Notes: generated by a model from the letters alone, not told the origin. Numbered from the stretch's first letter, positions 1-10,665 are shown. The stretch: 64,000 bases of DNA from Planctomycetota bacterium (GCA_016722065.1 JADKGX010000002.1:126264-190263), one strand, 5' to 3'. Program-made: numbers and translations.

Positions 1-115
1 TGCAATTGGCGCATGTGGATGCCGGCTGTGCCGTCGATGCCGCGTATGCCGTGGATAGCGTTTGCCCCCCGCCCCCACCGCGCGTAAAACACAACTCCCC
101 CACCGGAGCAAACCT

Positions 116-1753
116 ATGAAGACCCTCGGAATCACGTTGGGGCTGACTGCCCTGCTGCTGGCTGTTACCGCTTGCGGAGGCGGCAAAGAAATCGAAAAGG
201 CCAAGGTCGAAGAAGTATTGACCCTTCTGCGCGGTGACGAATCCGCGATTTTGGACCCGCACGCCACCAACAGCGGCGGCGACGCCAACCTGTTTCAACA
301 GATGTATGAGGGTCTGGTGCGGCCATCAGAGAAGCCGCCAGTGCTGTGGGAACCCTGCCTGGCCGAGAAATGGTCCGCCGACGCTGAGTTCAAGGTCTAC
401 ACGTTTCAGTTGCGCAAGGGCGTGAAGTTCCACGACGGCGCAGAACTGGATGCAGCCGCCGTCAAACGCAGTTTTGACCGCTGCCGCAACATTGCCGACC
501 CGGCCGCGCCGCCAAACCTGCCCTACGCCAGTGACTACTTTGGCGACATCGTCACCGTTGAAGCCAAAGATGCCAGCACCGTAGTCTTCAAACTTACGGA
601 TACCAACCCCAAGTTTGTGGCCAACACCGGCCTGTTTTCGGCATCCATCGTCAGCCCCAAGGCCCTGGAAGCCATGGCCAAGATTCCAGAGGCCAAGGAC
701 CGCGAGGCCTGGCTGACGCGCCACCCCGCCGGTACCGGCCCCTACACCATTGCCGACCCCTCGGATTACAAGGATGCCTCCACCATCACCATGACGGCAT
801 TTGAGGGCTACTGGGGCGGTGCGCCCGCCATCAAGCGCGTGGTGTTCAAGCAGTCCAAGGAAGCCAAACAACGGCGCGAACAGATTCTGGCCGGCGAGGT
901 GCAGGTGATTGACAGCCCCGCGCCAGATGACTGGGCAGAACTGCGCGCGGCCGAGAACGTCGAGCTCTACTCATGGAAGGCCGAGAACCTTTGCTATCTC
1001 GCGCTCAACTGTGACCAGAAAAAAGGCTTCATCACGGCCAACCCGGAAGTGCGCAAGGCCATTGCCATGGCTGTTGACCGCGACCCGCTGGTTGCCCTGT
1101 ACGCTGGCACGGCCGTGGACCACCACGTGCTGCTGCCACCCGTAACGCTGGGCTTTCCGCAGGGGTACATGCCTTCGACAGACAAAGGCCCACTGGCCGA
1201 CCGCATTGCCAAGGCCAAGGAAATGATCACCAAGGCCGGGGCCGAGGGCACGGTGTTGCGACTGCTGATGCCGGCCGTTCCACGTCCGTACCTGGGAAAG
1301 CCACCTGAAATTGGAGATTTGCTGCGGCTGCAAATCGAAAAAATCGGCCTGAAGATCGAACTTGAACGCCAGCCCATGGCGGAGCTTGGCGTCAGCATGC
1401 GCGACGGCGTAGCGCCGCTGGTGTTGATTGGCTGGATGGGCGAAACTGGCGAGCCTGACGATTTCTGGCGCCCGCTGCTTTCTGGAAGCAACGGGCCCTC
1501 AAACAACAATGCGGCACGATTCTTCAACGCCGGCGTGGCCGAAAAGATTGACGCGGCGCTGCAGGATCGCGACATCAGCAAACGCCGCCAGATGTACGAG
1601 GCCCTGGAGAAATCCGTCCACGAGGAATTCCGGCCTATCGTGCCCCTGCTTTCTGCCATGCAAGCCGTGGCCTGGAGCAAGAAAGTCGAGGGTCTGTACG
1701 TAGATTCGACGGGCACCTACCGGCTGCACAAGGCGCGCTACAAGGGAAACTAG
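116..1753 (+). CDS. ABC transporter substrate-binding lipoprotein (peptide/nickel, SBP family 5)
   Basis: The ORF 62-1753 contains an internal Met at 116, followed by a lipoprotein signal peptide (MKTLGITLGLTALLLAVTAC). Family-5 SBP architecture over ~545 aa. Immediately followed by the permease gene. Confidence 0.8.
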   Translation: MKTLGITLGLTALLLAVTACGGGKEIEKAKVEEVLTLLRGDESAILDPHATNSGGDANLFQQMYEGLVRPSEKPPVLWEPCLAEKWSADAEFKVYTFQLRKGVKFHDGAELDAAAVKRSFDRCRNIADPAAPPNLPYASDYFGDIVTVEAKDASTVVFKLTDTNPKFVANTGLFSASIVSPKALEAMAKIPEAKDREAWLTRHPAGTGPYTIADPSDYKDASTITMTAFEGYWGGAPAIKRVVFKQSKEAKQRREQILAGEVQVIDSPAPDDWAELRAAENVELYSWKAENLCYLALNCDQKKGFITANPEVRKAIAMAVDRDPLVALYAGTAVDHHVLLPPVTLGFPQGYMPSTDKGPLADRIAKAKEMITKAGAEGTVLRLLMPAVPRPYLGKPPEIGDLLRLQIEKIGLKIELERQPMAELGVSMRDGVAPLVLIGWMGETGEPDDFWRPLLSGSNGPSNNNAARFFNAGVAEKIDAALQDRDISKRRQMYEALEKSVHEEFRPIVPLLSAMQAVAWSKKVEGLYVDSTGTYRLHKARYKGN

Positions 1754-1759
1754 CCGCCG

Positions 1760-3892
1760 ATGCTGACATTGATCGCGCGTAGATTTCTGGCCGCAGTGCC
1801 GATGCTTCTGGGCGTCAGCATCGCGGCCTTTCTGCTTCTGCATGCCCTGCCGGGTGACCCGGCGCAATCGATTTTGGGCCAGCGCGCTACTCCGGAAAAT
1901 GTCGAACGCTTCCGGCAGCGCGAAGGCCTGAACGACCCGCTGCCGCAACAGTACGCGCGTTTCATGGACAACGCGCTGCATGGCGACCTGGGCACCAGCC
2001 ACCGCACCAACCGCCCGGTTCTGGATGAGTTGAAGGAGCGCGTCCCGGCCACGATCGAGCTGGCGTTCTTTGCCACATTGCTGGCGGCCGTGATTGGCAT
2101 TTCGCTGGGCGTGCTGGCGGCCGTGCGCCCGCGCAGCATCTGGGACTTTCTGTGCCTGGGCTTTGCGCTGATTGGCGTTTCCATGCCGATCTTCTGGCTG
2201 GGCTTTCTGCTGCAGAAGTTTCTTTCCGGCACGCTGAAGATTCTGCCCTTTGGCGAACGCCTCGACATCGCCAAGTGGCCGGGCTTTGAATCTGAAACCG
2301 GGTTCTACCTGCTGGATTCGATCTTCGTCTATCGCAACGTCGAACTCACCTTGGACGTGATGCACCACCTGTTGTTGCCGTCGCTGGTGCTGGCGACGAT
2401 TCCGATGGCGCTGATTGCCCGCATGACGCGCGCCAACATGCTGGAGGTGCTTTCGCAGGATTTCATTCGAACCGCCAAGGCCAAGGGGCTTGCCCCGCGC
2501 CAGGTGATCACCCGCCACGCGCTGCGCAACGCGCTGATCCCTGTGATTACGGCTATCGGCACGCAGTTCGGCTATCTGCTGGGCGGTGCGGTGCTGACGG
2601 AGACGATTTTCTCATGGCGCGGGCTGGGAACCTATGTGGTCGAGGCGATTGATGCGCTGGATGCCAAGCCCTTGCAGGCTTCCGTGATGGTGGTGGCCTT
2701 GGTGTTCATCAGCGTGAATCTTCTGACGGACCTGTCCTATGCCGTGATTGACCCGCGCCTGCGCCACTCGGGCGGCAAAACGCAACAGGCCGTGCCCGGC
2801 ATTGGTTGGCTGGCATTTGCCCCCTGGGCAGTAGCTGGCTTGCCCTGGCTGTCGCTGCTGGTGCTGGTATTGCTGAAAAGCACCGGCCGCATCGAGCCCG
2901 GCAACGCGGCTTTTGACAAGGCGATGCACACCACCTGGATTGCCCTTGGTGCCGAAGGACTGGCACTTTTGGTGGTGCTGGCGGTGCGGGGGCTAATCTG
3001 GCAGGCGGTCTCGTCGATTCGTGAAATGGCGGTCACAACGGCACGGCACGGGCTTGCAGCCGTCAAGGATCTGTCGCGCTTCTTGCTTGGGCACAAACCG
3101 GCGCTGGCTGGTCTGGCGCTGATCATGCTGATGCTGGTGGCAGCCATTGGTGCGCCCTGGATTGCGCCCCATGACCCCATGCAGGGGCTGGATGTCTACA
3201 ACCACCCCGCCAGCAGCGAGTACTGGTTTGGCACCGACAGCCAGGGCCGTGACCTTTTTTCGCGGCTGGTGTGGGGATCGCGCACCACCTTGCGCGTGGC
3301 GCTGGCGGCGACGTTGCTTTCGCTGATGCTGGGCACAATCGTCGGGGCCGTTGCCGGCTATTTTGGCGGCGCGGCCGACAGTTTCTTCATGCGCGGCATC
3401 GATTTCATGATGAGCTTTCCAAGCTTCCTGCTGGCCGTGGTTACGGTGGCCATTCTGGGCAAGAATCTGGACAACCTGATCTGGGCTGTGGGGCTGGTTG
3501 GCGTGCCGTTGTTCGCCCGTCAGGTTCGCGCTGAAGTGCTGCGCGTCAAGGCACTGGACTACGTGGAATCCGCCCGGGCGCTGGGTTTTGGCCGGGTGCG
3601 CATTCTTGCCACCACGGTGTTGCCCAACTGCATTACGCCGATCATCGTGCTGGCCACGCTGGGCATGGGGGGCGCGATTTTGGATGTTGCCGGATTGGCG
3701 TTTCTGGGCCTGGGCGGCGACCCCTTTGTTCCGGAATGGGGCCTGATTCTGAAGCACGGCTGGGACCAGTCCTCCAAGGGCGCGTTTCAGGTGGGCGTGG
3801 CTGGCGTTTGCATTCTGTGCACGGTGCTTGGCTTCAATCTGTTTGGCGACGGGCTGCGCGACTGGCTGGATCCGCGCTCGCGCAGGGTTTGA
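1760..3892 (+). CDS. Fused ABC transporter permease (DppB/OppB-like N-half + DppC/OppC-like C-half in one 710-aa polypeptide)
   Basis: N-half shows a typical DppB-like N-terminal TM and the EAA-like region. C-half (from ~aa 430) shows a DppC-like N-terminal TM, a binding-protein-dependent transport signature, and a C-terminus that resembles OppC/DppC. It is a single uninterrupted frame. Confidence 0.8.
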   Translation: MLTLIARRFLAAVPMLLGVSIAAFLLLHALPGDPAQSILGQRATPENVERFRQREGLNDPLPQQYARFMDNALHGDLGTSHRTNRPVLDELKERVPATIELAFFATLLAAVIGISLGVLAAVRPRSIWDFLCLGFALIGVSMPIFWLGFLLQKFLSGTLKILPFGERLDIAKWPGFESETGFYLLDSIFVYRNVELTLDVMHHLLLPSLVLATIPMALIARMTRANMLEVLSQDFIRTAKAKGLAPRQVITRHALRNALIPVITAIGTQFGYLLGGAVLTETIFSWRGLGTYVVEAIDALDAKPLQASVMVVALVFISVNLLTDLSYAVIDPRLRHSGGKTQQAVPGIGWLAFAPWAVAGLPWLSLLVLVLLKSTGRIEPGNAAFDKAMHTTWIALGAEGLALLVVLAVRGLIWQAVSSIREMAVTTARHGLAAVKDLSRFLLGHKPALAGLALIMLMLVAAIGAPWIAPHDPMQGLDVYNHPASSEYWFGTDSQGRDLFSRLVWGSRTTLRVALAATLLSLMLGTIVGAVAGYFGGAADSFFMRGIDFMMSFPSFLLAVVTVAILGKNLDNLIWAVGLVGVPLFARQVRAEVLRVKALDYVESARALGFGRVRILATTVLPNCITPIIVLATLGMGGAILDVAGLAFLGLGGDPFVPEWGLILKHGWDQSSKGAFQVGVAGVCILCTVLGFNLFGDGLRDWLDPRSRRV

Positions 3893-3992
3893 TTGCTTCC
3901 CACAGCCTTTCCACAGGGTGGTTCAGGAACTACCACACCATGGTTCGTCTGTTACACTTGAAGGGCAGTGAGTAGTTGAGGAGGTTGCAGGC

Positions 3993-6065
3993 ATGGCAGC
4001 GAAGAAGGCCAGCAGCGCAGGCAACGTAAGCCAGATTCTGGATGCCATTGGCGACAGCCAGGAAGTTCGCACCTATCGCGACCTGCAGTGGGAAGGCAGC
4101 TTTGCGGATTACCTGAAATTGGTCACCGAAGACCCGCGTGTGGCGCGCAACGCCCACCAGCGTGTCTACGACATGATCATCAGCCACGGCACCGAGGAAT
4201 TCACGCAAAACAAGGACCGGTTGATCCGGTACAAGTTCTTCAGCGACCCCTTCAGCCAAGGCCAGGATGCGGTGTTTGGCATTGAGCGGCAGTTGATGCA
4301 GTTGGTCAGCCACTTCAAAAGCGCGGCGTTCAATTTTGGCACCGAAAAGCGCGTGCTGCTGCTTCACGGGCCCGTTGGCAGCGCCAAAAGCACCATTACC
4401 CGTCTGCTCAAGCGCGGGCTGGAAAAATACTCACGCACCAACGAAGGCCGCCTTTACACCTTTGGCTGGAAGATCAAAGACGAAGTAACGGGCGCAGACG
4501 TGATCTGGAGTCCGATGCATGAGGACCCGATCAAGCTGATTCCGGCAGAGCCCCGCGCGCGGCTGCTGCAGCAGATTAACGAAAACGCCAGTGTGCCCTA
4601 CAAGCTGCGCCTGGAAGGCGACCTCGACCCGCTTTCGCGCAAGCTCATGGCCGAATTGCTGAACAAGCACCACGGCAACTGGCGCGAGGTGGTCGACAAC
4701 TACATTGTCGTCAAGCGCATGATCATCAGCGAAAAAGACCGCATGGGCATTGGCACGTTCCAGCCCAAGGATGAAAAGAACCAGGACGCCACGGAACTTA
4801 CGGGCGACGTCAACTACCGCAAGATCGCGTTTTATGGCATCGACAGCGACCCGCGCGCCTTCAACTTTGATGGCGAGTTCAACGTGGCCAACCGCGGCAT
4901 CGTGGAGTTCATTGAGGTGCTGAAGCTGGATGTGGCCTTCCTGTACGACCTGCTGGGTGCGTCGCAGGAGCACTCCATCAAGCCCAAGAAGTTTCCGCAG
5001 ACCGACATTGATGAAGTCATCATCGGCCACACCAACGAGCCCGAGTACCGCCGTCTGCAAAGCAACGAGTTGATGGAGGCGTTTCGCGACCGCACGGTCA
5101 AGATCGATGTTCCCTACAACACCGTGCTGGACCACGAGATCCGCATCTACAACAAAGACTTCAAGTCCGATCGCGTGAACAAGCACATCGCTCCGCACAC
5201 CGTCGAAATCGCGGCCATGTGGGCGGTGCTGACACGGCTGGAAGACCCCAAGCGTTCCGGTCTGGGGCTGCTGCAAAAGCTCAAGCTGTACAACGGCAAG
5301 TCGATTCCCGGCTTCACGGAAGACAATATTCGCGAACTGCGCGCCGAAGCCAAGCATGAGGGCATGCTGGGCATCAGCCCCCGTTACATCCAGGACAAGA
5401 TCAGCAACGCCATCGTCAACTATCCCAACGCCGACACCGTCAACCCGTTCATGGTGATGAACGAACTGGAAGAGGGTTTGAAGCACCACAGCCTGATCAG
5501 CAACGAAGACGTCAAGAAGCGATACAAGGAGCTGCTGGGCGTGGTGCGCCAGGAATACGAAGAAATCGCCAAGAATGAAGTGCAGCGGGCCATCAGCGCA
5601 GACGAAGAGGCTATTTCGCGGCTGTGCGGCAACTACATTGACCACGTCAAGGCCTACACTCAGCGCGAGCGCGTGCGCAACAAGTACACCGGCGAACTGG
5701 AAGAAGCCGACGAACGTTTCATGCGCTCGATTGAGGAAAAGATCGATATTCAGGACAGCCGCAAGGACGACTTCCGACGGGAGATCATGAATTACATTGG
5801 CGCGCTGGCCCTGGAGGGCCGCACCTTTGATTACCGCACCAACGAAAGGCTGCACCGCGCCCTGGAACTGAAGCTGTTTGAGGACCAGAAGGACAGCATC
5901 AAGCTGACCAGCCTGGTCAGCAACGTGGTCGACAAAGAAACCCAGGCCAAGATTGACGTCGTCAAGCAGCGCCTGATTGACCGCTACGGCTACAACGACA
6001 CCAGTGCCACGGACCTTTTGAACTTTGTGGCGAGCATTTTTGCCCGCGGGGACATCAAAGACTAA
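3993..6065 (+). CDS. prkA: PrkA family serine protein kinase (YeaG-like, AAA+ N-domain)
   Basis: 690 aa. Walker A-like [13 protein letters not shown]. Conserved PrkA N- and C-domains throughout. Strong SD (GAGGAGG) 8 nt upstream of ATG. Confidence 0.9.
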   Translation: MAAKKASSAGNVSQILDAIGDSQEVRTYRDLQWEGSFADYLKLVTEDPRVARNAHQRVYDMIISHGTEEFTQNKDRLIRYKFFSDPFSQGQDAVFGIERQLMQLVSHFKSAAFNFGTEKRVLLLHGPVGSAKSTITRLLKRGLEKYSRTNEGRLYTFGWKIKDEVTGADVIWSPMHEDPIKLIPAEPRARLLQQINENASVPYKLRLEGDLDPLSRKLMAELLNKHHGNWREVVDNYIVVKRMIISEKDRMGIGTFQPKDEKNQDATELTGDVNYRKIAFYGIDSDPRAFNFDGEFNVANRGIVEFIEVLKLDVAFLYDLLGASQEHSIKPKKFPQTDIDEVIIGHTNEPEYRRLQSNELMEAFRDRTVKIDVPYNTVLDHEIRIYNKDFKSDRVNKHIAPHTVEIAAMWAVLTRLEDPKRSGLGLLQKLKLYNGKSIPGFTEDNIRELRAEAKHEGMLGISPRYIQDKISNAIVNYPNADTVNPFMVMNELEEGLKHHSLISNEDVKKRYKELLGVVRQEYEEIAKNEVQRAISADEEAISRLCGNYIDHVKAYTQRERVRNKYTGELEEADERFMRSIEEKIDIQDSRKDDFRREIMNYIGALALEGRTFDYRTNERLHRALELKLFEDQKDSIKLTSLVSNVVDKETQAKIDVVKQRLIDRYGYNDTSATDLLNFVASIFARGDIKD

Positions 6066-6145
6066 AGCACGCCCCGCAAGGTTGACAACCGGCCCACAGG
6101 CGGCCAAAACGACCCCGGGCAGACCAAGGCACCCAAGCACCTCTC

Positions 6146-6811
6146 ATGTTCGAAGCTGCGGAAGGTTTTGACGTTCGCTTTCTGGAATACTTCGCCCGAC
6201 TGGGGCGGCGTTATGTCATGTCGCTTCCGGCCAGCAACGAAAAGCCGGACCCGGCCAAAGTCGACCTTGCCAAAATCAAGGTCGAACAAGCCATGCGCGA
6301 AATCGTGGACGGTCAGAACGAGTTCGCGGAAACCTTCATTAATGCAGCCTACAGTGATGAGCCTGGCACCGTGGTTTGGGGTCTGGGCATGACGGTTTGG
6401 GCCAGCGCCGGCCCGATGATGGAAGATGACCTGCGCGCGCGAGGCAAGTCGATTCTGGATGCCGCAGCCAAGAAACGCCCGGCCAACCGGCTGCTGATCC
6501 GCGCCCACGCCATCATTGCTAAATCGGAACGCAACTTCGCCAAGGCCCACAAGTTTCTGGACATGATGCTGCGCCTGGACCCCAACGACGCCGAGGCCGT
6601 GAACGACAAAGTTGAACTGTTCATGCTTCAGGAAGACTACCAGAAGGCCGCAGGCATGCTGCAAAAGGCCGCCAAGAAATGGCCGCAAAGCCAGTTGATC
6701 CAGGCCACTTCGGGTGCGTTTTCACGCGACAGCAAACAGTGCCCACGCTGCAGCACCTACGTGCGCTTTGCCGCGCCGTTCTGCCCCAAGTGCAAGCATT
6801 CCTGGCTGTAA
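6146..6811 (+). CDS. Hypothetical protein with helical/TPR-like repeats and a C-terminal CxxC...CxxC zinc ribbon
   Basis: 221-aa ORF. C-terminus CPRCSTYVRFAAPFCPKCKHSWL. Alpha-helical, Ala/Lys-rich middle. Start could be internal (Met at ~6218). Confidence 0.5.
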   Translation: MFEAAEGFDVRFLEYFARLGRRYVMSLPASNEKPDPAKVDLAKIKVEQAMREIVDGQNEFAETFINAAYSDEPGTVVWGLGMTVWASAGPMMEDDLRARGKSILDAAAKKRPANRLLIRAHAIIAKSERNFAKAHKFLDMMLRLDPNDAEAVNDKVELFMLQEDYQKAAGMLQKAAKKWPQSQLIQATSGAFSRDSKQCPRCSTYVRFAAPFCPKCKHSWL

Positions 6812-6838
6812 ACGCGCGCCTGCGCGCACGGAGTTTCC

Positions 6839-7945
6839 ATGGCGCGCCTGACAACCCGCTTGGCCCTGGCTTGGGCGCGGCGGCACGCGCGACGCTTTGC
6901 GCCCGCACCTCTGGCGCCCTTGGCGCCCGATTCAACCGCGCGCATTCTGGTAGTCAACACAACCGGCATCGGTGACACGTTGTTTTGCACGGCGCCGATT
7001 GCCGATCTGCGCAAGTCCTTTCCGCAGGCGTTCCTGGCAGCATTTGTGGACCGTCGCCGGGCTGGCCTGCTGGTGGGAAACCCGCGCTTGAACGAGGTCA
7101 TCCCCTACCCGGGCAAGTTCAAGAAGGTGCTGGCCACAGGCAAGCTGTTGCGCGAGCGCGCGTTTGACATTGCCATCATCCAGCACGCCAATGACCCAGA
7201 CGTCGTGCCCATGGTGGCGCGCGCACGACCAGGCGCGCTGGTGGGTTATGCCAGTCACACGTTCAGCAACTTGTATTCGATCAAGCTGCCGCCGGCTGAC
7301 CGCGCCGGTGGCGCACACACCATCGACGCCCGTCTGGCACTTACCGCGGCCGTCGGCGCCGCCGGCACGCATTGGCACATGGAGATTTTTCCATCCGAAA
7401 AGGACCGCGCTGATGCGGCCGCCCTTTTGCAAGCCCAAGGCCTGCAACCGGGCACGGCGATAGCCCTCAACATTGGCGGTTCGATGCCCAGCAAGCGCTG
7501 GCCGCCAGCGCACTGGGCATCACTGGTGCATCGACTTGCGGAAAGCGGGCAACGGGCCGTGCTGGTCGGCGGCCCCGATGATGCGCTTACAGGCGAACTG
7601 GTGCGCACCCGCCTGGGCGCCAACGCCGGCGTGGCCTATGCCATTGGCAAGTTGTCGTTGCTGGCCAGCGCCGCACTTTTGACCCAATGCAAAGCGCATG
7701 TCACGCCCGACACCGGGCTGATGCACGCCGGACTGGCACTGGATGTTCCCACCGTGGCGCTGTTTGGCCCCGACGACCCCAAGTGGACAGGCCCGCACCC
7801 CAAGCAGAAGCGCGTGGCCGTGATTCAGGCCGACCCTGCCCTGAAGGGCGAAGGCTACGACCGGCGCCGCGACAAAGAAGGCGTGCTGATGCAGTCCATC
7901 CAGCCGCAAGCCGTGTTGCAGGCGCTTCAAATGGTGGTGGCCTGA
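6839..7945 (+). CDS. Glycosyltransferase family 9 (LPS heptosyltransferase-like)
   Basis: GT9 hallmarks. ILVVNTTGIGDTLFCTAPI near the N-terminus. Glycine-rich donor-binding region and C-terminal DTGLMHAGLALDVPTVALFGP. Confidence 0.7.
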   Translation: MARLTTRLALAWARRHARRFAPAPLAPLAPDSTARILVVNTTGIGDTLFCTAPIADLRKSFPQAFLAAFVDRRRAGLLVGNPRLNEVIPYPGKFKKVLATGKLLRERAFDIAIIQHANDPDVVPMVARARPGALVGYASHTFSNLYSIKLPPADRAGGAHTIDARLALTAAVGAAGTHWHMEIFPSEKDRADAAALLQAQGLQPGTAIALNIGGSMPSKRWPPAHWASLVHRLAESGQRAVLVGGPDDALTGELVRTRLGANAGVAYAIGKLSLLASAALLTQCKAHVTPDTGLMHAGLALDVPTVALFGPDDPKWTGPHPKQKRVAVIQADPALKGEGYDRRRDKEGVLMQSIQPQAVLQALQMVVA

Positions 7946-7969
7946 CCGATGTGCTAGAATGGGTGTGCC

Positions 7970-9085
7970 ATGGCGATGCACAAGATCGAAGGTGACCACG
8001 CCCGCTTCCGCGACATTGTTCGCGGCCGTATCCGCAAGGAACTGCGCAAATTTCTGACCAACGGCGAATTGGTAGGCCGTAAGGGGAAAGACTCCGTCAG
8101 CATTCCTTTGCCGCAGATCGACATTCCGCGCTTCAAGTTTGGCCAGAAGCAGACCGGCGGGGTGGGACAGGGTGAGGGCGACGTTGGCCAGTCCCTGGGT
8201 GCCGATGGCGACGACAGCGCCCAAGGCCAGCAGGCTGGCGACAAGCCCGGCGACCATATTCTGGAAGTGGAAGTATCTTTGCAGGAACTGGCTGAAATCC
8301 TGGGCGAGGAATTGGCGCTGCCGCGCATTGAGCCCAAGGGCAAGAATGTCGTGCAGACTGAAAAGTCGCGCTATGTGGGCATTCGCAGCGTGGGCCCCGA
8401 GTCGCTGCGGCACTTCAAGCGCACGTTCAAGGCCGCGTTGTTGCGCCAGGTGGCCAGCGGCATCTATGACCCGAACAACCCGGTGATTATCCCGGAGCGC
8501 GAAGACCGGCGTTATCGAAGCTGGGAAGTAAAGCCCATTCCGGAAAACAGTGCCGTGCTTATGTACATGATGGACGTCAGCGGCAGCATGGGCGAAGAAC
8601 AGAAGGAGATTGTGCGCATTGAAGCCTTCTGGCTCGATACATGGTTGCGCAGCCAATACAAGAACATCCAAAGCGTGTACATCGTTCACGATGCCGAAGC
8701 CAAGGAGGTGGACGAGCACACGTTCTATCACCTGCGCGAAAGCGGCGGCACCAAGATCAGCAGTGCCTACAGCCTGTGTTCGCGCATCATCAAGGAGCGC
8801 TACAACCCGCAGGAATGGAACATCTATCCGTTTCATTTCTCCGACGGCGACAACTGGGGCGCTGACGACACAACCCTGTGCTTCAAGATTCTGGACGAGG
8901 AGATTCTGCCGGCTGCCAACGTGTTCTGTTACGGCCAGGTGCGCAGCGCCTATGGCAGCGGCAAGTTCAAGGAAGACCTTGACGGCCGCTACGGCCAGGA
9001 AAACGACCGCGTAATCACCAGCGACATCAGCAGCGTGGAAGGCGTGATGGATTCGATTCGCGAATTCCTCGGCAAGGGCAAGTAG
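7970..9085 (+). CDS. DUF444 family protein (YeaH-like, vWA-like domain), usual partner of PrkA
   Basis: 371 aa. Conserved DUF444 N-terminus ([19 protein letters not shown]) and a C-terminal vWA-like region ([18 protein letters not shown]). Confidence 0.85.
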   Translation: MAMHKIEGDHARFRDIVRGRIRKELRKFLTNGELVGRKGKDSVSIPLPQIDIPRFKFGQKQTGGVGQGEGDVGQSLGADGDDSAQGQQAGDKPGDHILEVEVSLQELAEILGEELALPRIEPKGKNVVQTEKSRYVGIRSVGPESLRHFKRTFKAALLRQVASGIYDPNNPVIIPEREDRRYRSWEVKPIPENSAVLMYMMDVSGSMGEEQKEIVRIEAFWLDTWLRSQYKNIQSVYIVHDAEAKEVDEHTFYHLRESGGTKISSAYSLCSRIIKERYNPQEWNIYPFHFSDGDNWGADDTTLCFKILDEEILPAANVFCYGQVRSAYGSGKFKEDLDGRYGQENDRVITSDISSVEGVMDSIREFLGKGK

Positions 9086-9108
9086 CCGTCGCCAGAAGTA
9101 CCAAATGC

Positions 9109-9136
9109 AAACCGGGCCCCGTTTGGGGCCCGGTTT
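9109..9136. terminator. Bidirectional rho-independent terminator between convergent genes
   Basis: Perfect hairpin AAACCGGGCCCC-GTTT-GGGGCCCGGTTT, flanked by A/T runs on both sides. Lies between the DUF444 gene (+, ends 9085) and the secreted protein gene (-, ends 9151). Confidence 0.7.
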
Positions 9137-9150
9137 CGTGTAGAGGCAGA

Positions 9151-10665
9151 CTAGTCGTTGTCGCCCGTGAACACAGGCTTGGGGCGGTCAATACCTGAAG
9201 TGGCGCGCTTGAGGAACAGCAGGGCGTAGCAGGTATTGTAGATGTCCGAGGGGTCGATCTCGTTCTGTACATCCCACATGCCCTTGGTTCCGGCGTCGGC
9301 GCTTTGCTGCTTGAGCAGGATCTCGGCGCCTTCGAAGTACCAATCGTGCTTGCCGACCCAGTCAATGCCGCCCAGCATGCCCACGCGCTCAATCATGTAG
9401 AGGTAATAGTAGTACCGGTACATCTGGCGCTTCGGGTTCTCCTGCATCGTCCAGTTCGTGACCATCCAGGCCATGCCGTCGTTCAGGTTCTGCTGGCACT
9501 GGTCGGCAAGTGGCTTCCATTTGGCGGCCATGGCAGGTTCGTTTTCCAGTTCATCACGAATCATGATCAACGCGCACACGCCTGCGGCGGTCATGCTGCC
9601 GTAGGTGTTGACGTCTGCCGGGTTGTGCGGCTCGTTGCGGCAATAGGCCCAGCCGCGCGCCTTGTCCTTCTTTCCAGGGTTGTAAGCCCGGGTCGACTTG
9701 CTGGGGTCCTTCTTCTTGTTGCCATCATCGGGGTTGTCGACGTCTTTGCCGTCGGCGTCTTTTTCCTTGCGGATGACTTCGGGGCCGTCTTTGTCCTGCT
9801 GGGTGCGATAGAAGTGGTACACGTCGATCAGGTTGCTCTTGTTGTACTTCAAGCCCAGGCGCGTGGCGCACTGCAGGCCCATGATCGCGTATTGGCTGGC
9901 AGAGCATTCAATATCCGGGTCCTGTTCGCCCACGCCCGGAAACGCATAGCGCCAACCATTGCCGCCGTAAGCCTTGCGCATGCGCTTTTCGAGCGCCTTG
10001 ACAGCAAGCTCGGCGATCTTCTTGTCCGCTGGGCTGAGGATCAAGGCGAGCTTCTTCTTGTTCTCCTTGGCCTTCTTGGCGCCCTTTTCTTCTGTGCCCC
10101 AGCGCTTGATCGGAACCTTCTTGCCGTCTACTTCCTCAAAGCGCTTCTTGGGATTTTCCAGGCCGCGCTCCTTGGTTTCGGCGGCGCTGATGTAATAGGC
10201 TTCAATGGCGTTAAGAACCGTCGCGTCTTCGTAGGTTGTGCTGGGCACAAAGCCGACTTCGTTGTTCAAGACGCCGTTGTCTTTGTAGTTCTTGCGGATG
10301 TATTCCATGGCCTTGACCACAGCCGGGTCGTCCGCAAACACACCAGACTTGCACAGCGCCTGCACCGGAAAGGCCGTGCGCGCAAAGCGGTAGCGGTGGG
10401 GTTCCCCAGCGCCGTAAAGCGGCGGGTTGGGCGGAAACTGGCCAAACACCGCCGGGTCCTCACCCTTCTCAATACCCTGCTGCTTCTTCAACCAGTCGCA
10501 GCCGTCGTCGACGGCTTCTTCGACTTTGTCCTCAAAGGACTTGCCGAAGATCTTTTCGCGTTCCTTTTTGGCCGCGTCATCCTCGTCGCCGTCGGCCTTG
10601 GCTGTTCTTGCCATGGCCAGCAGTGCAAGCAGCGAAAGTGCCGCCACGAAAAGTGTATTGCGCAT
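9151..10665 (-). CDS. Secreted prenyltransferase/squalene-oxidase-repeat (alpha/alpha-toroid) protein with a K/D/E-rich low-complexity insert
   Basis: Signal peptide MRNTLFVAALSLLALLAMARTAKA. C-terminal aromatic-rich toroid repeats (YRYYYYLYMIERVGMLGG...DWY). Low-complexity lysine/aspartate insert (KDADGKDVDNPDDGNKKKDPSK). Confidence 0.55.
   Translation of the reverse strand: MRNTLFVAALSLLALLAMARTAKADGDEDDAAKKEREKIFGKSFEDKVEEAVDDGCDWLKKQQGIEKGEDPAVFGQFPPNPPLYGAGEPHRYRFARTAFPVQALCKSGVFADDPAVVKAMEYIRKNYKDNGVLNNEVGFVPSTTYEDATVLNAIEAYYISAAETKERGLENPKKRFEEVDGKKVPIKRWGTEEKGAKKAKENKKKLALILSPADKKIAELAVKALEKRMRKAYGGNGWRYAFPGVGEQDPDIECSASQYAIMGLQCATRLGLKYNKSNLIDVYHFYRTQQDKDGPEVIRKEKDADGKDVDNPDDGNKKKDPSKSTRAYNPGKKDKARGWAYCRNEPHNPADVNTYGSMTAAGVCALIMIRDELENEPAMAAKWKPLADQCQQNLNDGMAWMVTNWTMQENPKRQMYRYYYYLYMIERVGMLGGIDWVGKHDWYFEGAEILLKQQSADAGTKGMWDVQNEIDPSDIYNTCYALLFLKRATSGIDRPKPVFTGDND

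Noticed and set aside
3893-3992. Sigma54 (-24 GG / -12 GC) promoter upstream of prkA
   Set aside because: The lower-GC leader was scanned for TGGCAC-N5-TTGC. No acceptable match was found. Only a strong SD (GAGGAGG) is evident.
4431-6140. 569-aa minus-strand ORF antisense to prkA
   Set aside because: It lies completely inside the well-supported PrkA gene. The translation is Val/Ala/Gly/Leu-rich with no motifs, as expected from the reverse frame of a GC-rich gene.
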